NCBI GenBank assembly: GCA_038217285.1
Contig: JBBQPO010000014.1
Coordinates: forward strand, 1-47,488
Direction of reading: 5' to 3'
DNA: 47,488 bases
Source of the DNA: Chthonomonadales bacterium
GTDB lineage: Bacteria; Armatimonadota; Chthonomonadetes; Chthonomonadales; Chthonomonadaceae
Part shown: positions 45,943 through 47,488 of the stretch, piece by piece
How positions within the stretch are numbered: the first letter of the stretch is position 1
Layout of the letters: every line of letters begins with the position of its first letter
The notes under the pieces: generated by a model
Database searches by the model: none
Seen by the model: the letters and a program-made list of their open reading frames with translations, nothing else
What the model was told of the DNA's origin: nothing
Translations under genes and position numbers: made by a program

Positions 45943-46683
45943 ATGGCAAACATCCTTGTCATAGACGATGAAAATAATATTCGCCTCATGGTGCGGCTGA
46001 CGTTGCAGCACAGCGGGCATAACCTGCAGACGGCGGCGGACGGCGCGGAGGGACTGGAAAAGTTCGGAACCGGCGCGGAGTGGGATCTCGTACTGCTCGA
46101 TCAGCGGATGCCGGGCATCGATGGGCTGACCGTCCTGCGCGAGATCAACAGACGTGACCCGCAGGCCCGTGTCGTCATGGCGACGGCGTTCGGGACCATC
46201 GACCTCGCGGTCGAGGCGATGAAATCCGGCGCGACGGACTTTCTGCGCAAGCCCTTTACCGCTGAGATCCTGCGCGGGGCGGTGGAAGCCGCCCTCGCCC
46301 CGGCTCCAATCCGTTCTGTTCCGAGCAGCGCCATAACGTTTAGCATGACCACAATCAACGGCTTCCGGCTGGAATCGCTGCCGACGGCCGTCTCTCGGGA
46401 CAGCGGTGCCCTGCAATTCGTCTACAGCGTCGCCAGCCCGACGGGCGAAAAGCACGACTGCGCGGTCGTACTTCAGCCACTGTTGCAGGAACTGGTGAAG
46501 GCGCACACCGACCGCGAGGCACTGCCGGGAGGGGATCGTTTCTGGCATGCGCTCGGCGAAGAATCGCTCGCCAACTATGTATGGCAAAACGCGGATTTTC
46601 CCAGCAATAACCGCCTGGATGTCGAGGAACTGACCGGAGGCTTGCGCCGCTGGATCGATGCCGTCCTGGCGATACCGGCATAG
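45943..46683 (+). CDS. Response regulator with an atypical C-terminal domain
   Basis: ILVIDDE, LLDQRMP, ATAFG, FLRKPF; the C-terminal ~115 aa show no recognisable HTH. Confidence 0.9.
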   Translation: MANILVIDDENNIRLMVRLTLQHSGHNLQTAADGAEGLEKFGTGAEWDLVLLDQRMPGIDGLTVLREINRRDPQARVVMATAFGTIDLAVEAMKSGATDFLRKPFTAEILRGAVEAALAPAPIRSVPSSAITFSMTTINGFRLESLPTAVSRDSGALQFVYSVASPTGEKHDCAVVLQPLLQELVKAHTDREALPGGDRFWHALGEESLANYVWQNADFPSNNRLDVEELTGGLRRWIDAVLAIPA

Positions 46684-46694
46684 GAGAGCCTTGC

Positions 46695-47378
46695 ATGCAC
46701 AAGAGAGAGGAGCCTGAACACCGCCCTACCCCGGAAGAGCTGCTGGCAAAGGTTATGCGCGCTGAGCGGCAGGAGAAGCGCGGCCGACTGAAGATATTTC
46801 TAGGCTTCGCGGCGGGCGTCGGCAAAACCTACGAGATGCTGTGCGAGGCCAACCGGCGCAAACAGCGCGGTCAGGACGTCATCATCGGTTATATCGAGAC
46901 GCATAAGCGCCAGGGAACCGAGGAACAACTGGGCGATCTGGAGACGCTCCCTCGCAAACAGATCCCCTATCGAGGCACCACTTTAGAGGAGATGGACACC
47001 GATGCGATCCTGCAACGGAAACCGCACTGGGTTCTGGTCGATGAGTTCGCGCATACCAACGCTCCCGGCTCCGACCGCGAGAAGCGTTGGCAGGATGTCG
47101 AGGACGATGTCTCCGCTTACCGCAAAGAGAAGCATGTCACCAATCCCTGGAATACCCAGGATCGTATCATGGTCTGTATCAGCCCGGACCACTCCTCGAT
47201 GCGACTTGTCCGACGTGGATGGCGCATCTCCCAACGTCTCCACGCCGAGATCCATGAGGTAGAGCAGAGCCTACCCATGCCCCCTTGGGGTTCACCCCAC
47301 CCCAGCCCTCCCCGCAAACGGCTTATCTTGTCCCTTAAGTCGCCGCCCCTAAAGGAGCGGCCTGTTGGGGAAGGTTAA
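46695..47378 (+). pseudogene. kdpD: Stand-alone KdpD N-terminal sensor/USP protein, internally deleted and 3'-disrupted
   Basis: RGRLKIFLGFAAGVGKTYEML, LVDEFAHTNAPGS, KRWQDVE jumping directly to the USP start (RIMVCIS); ORF ends inside the MITE. Confidence 0.85.
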
Positions 47379-47488
47379 GGCCCATAAATGGGCCTGGGAG
47401 GGCTGGAAAGCAGTACCAAGCTCCTCAATAAGGGATGGCTGACCCCCTGTTTCCTTGCGCAATTGCCCCTGCTCACGTCCGCCCCAGC
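47322..47488. mobile_element. Second TIR-bearing MITE copy (cut by the window end)
   Basis: Identical left TIR CTTATCTTGTCCCTTAAGTCGCCGCCCCT and a homologous interior to 26435-26702. Confidence 0.85.

Overview
A 47.5 kb GC-rich bacterial chromosomal segment. Its gene content (PEP-CTERM protein, SLH-like domains, SecA with insertions) is reminiscent of Armatimonadota, but that is inference only. It is bounded on the left by the right end of an IS21-family element and on the right by a MITE-like repeat. Most genes are housekeeping or metabolic: dut, P-II, CDF transporter, photolyase, GH27, phosphomannomutase, citrate synthases, nth, secA, S41 peptidases, tRNA-Ser(GCT), a lytic transglycosylase, a sugar-phosphate nucleotidyltransferase, GH25, and a decayed kdp locus. 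The most notable items are: (1) an ECF sigma factor translationally coupled to a zinc-anti-sigma (HxxxCxxC)-STAND ATPase-TPR (NLR-like) protein, followed by a PEP-CTERM surface protein; (2) a candidate ~100 nt sRNA preceded by four 11-bp-phased TTAA boxes and ending in an intrinsic terminator; (3) a composite MITE/REP-like element family with 16-bp TIRs and a 10-bp TSD; (4) an in-frame HTH-citrate synthase-like/acyl-CoA ligase read-through ORF; (5) three tandem exported paralogs with a conserved upstream motif; (6) an active plus catalytically degenerate S41 protease pair. All calls were made by eye from motifs; no searches were run.
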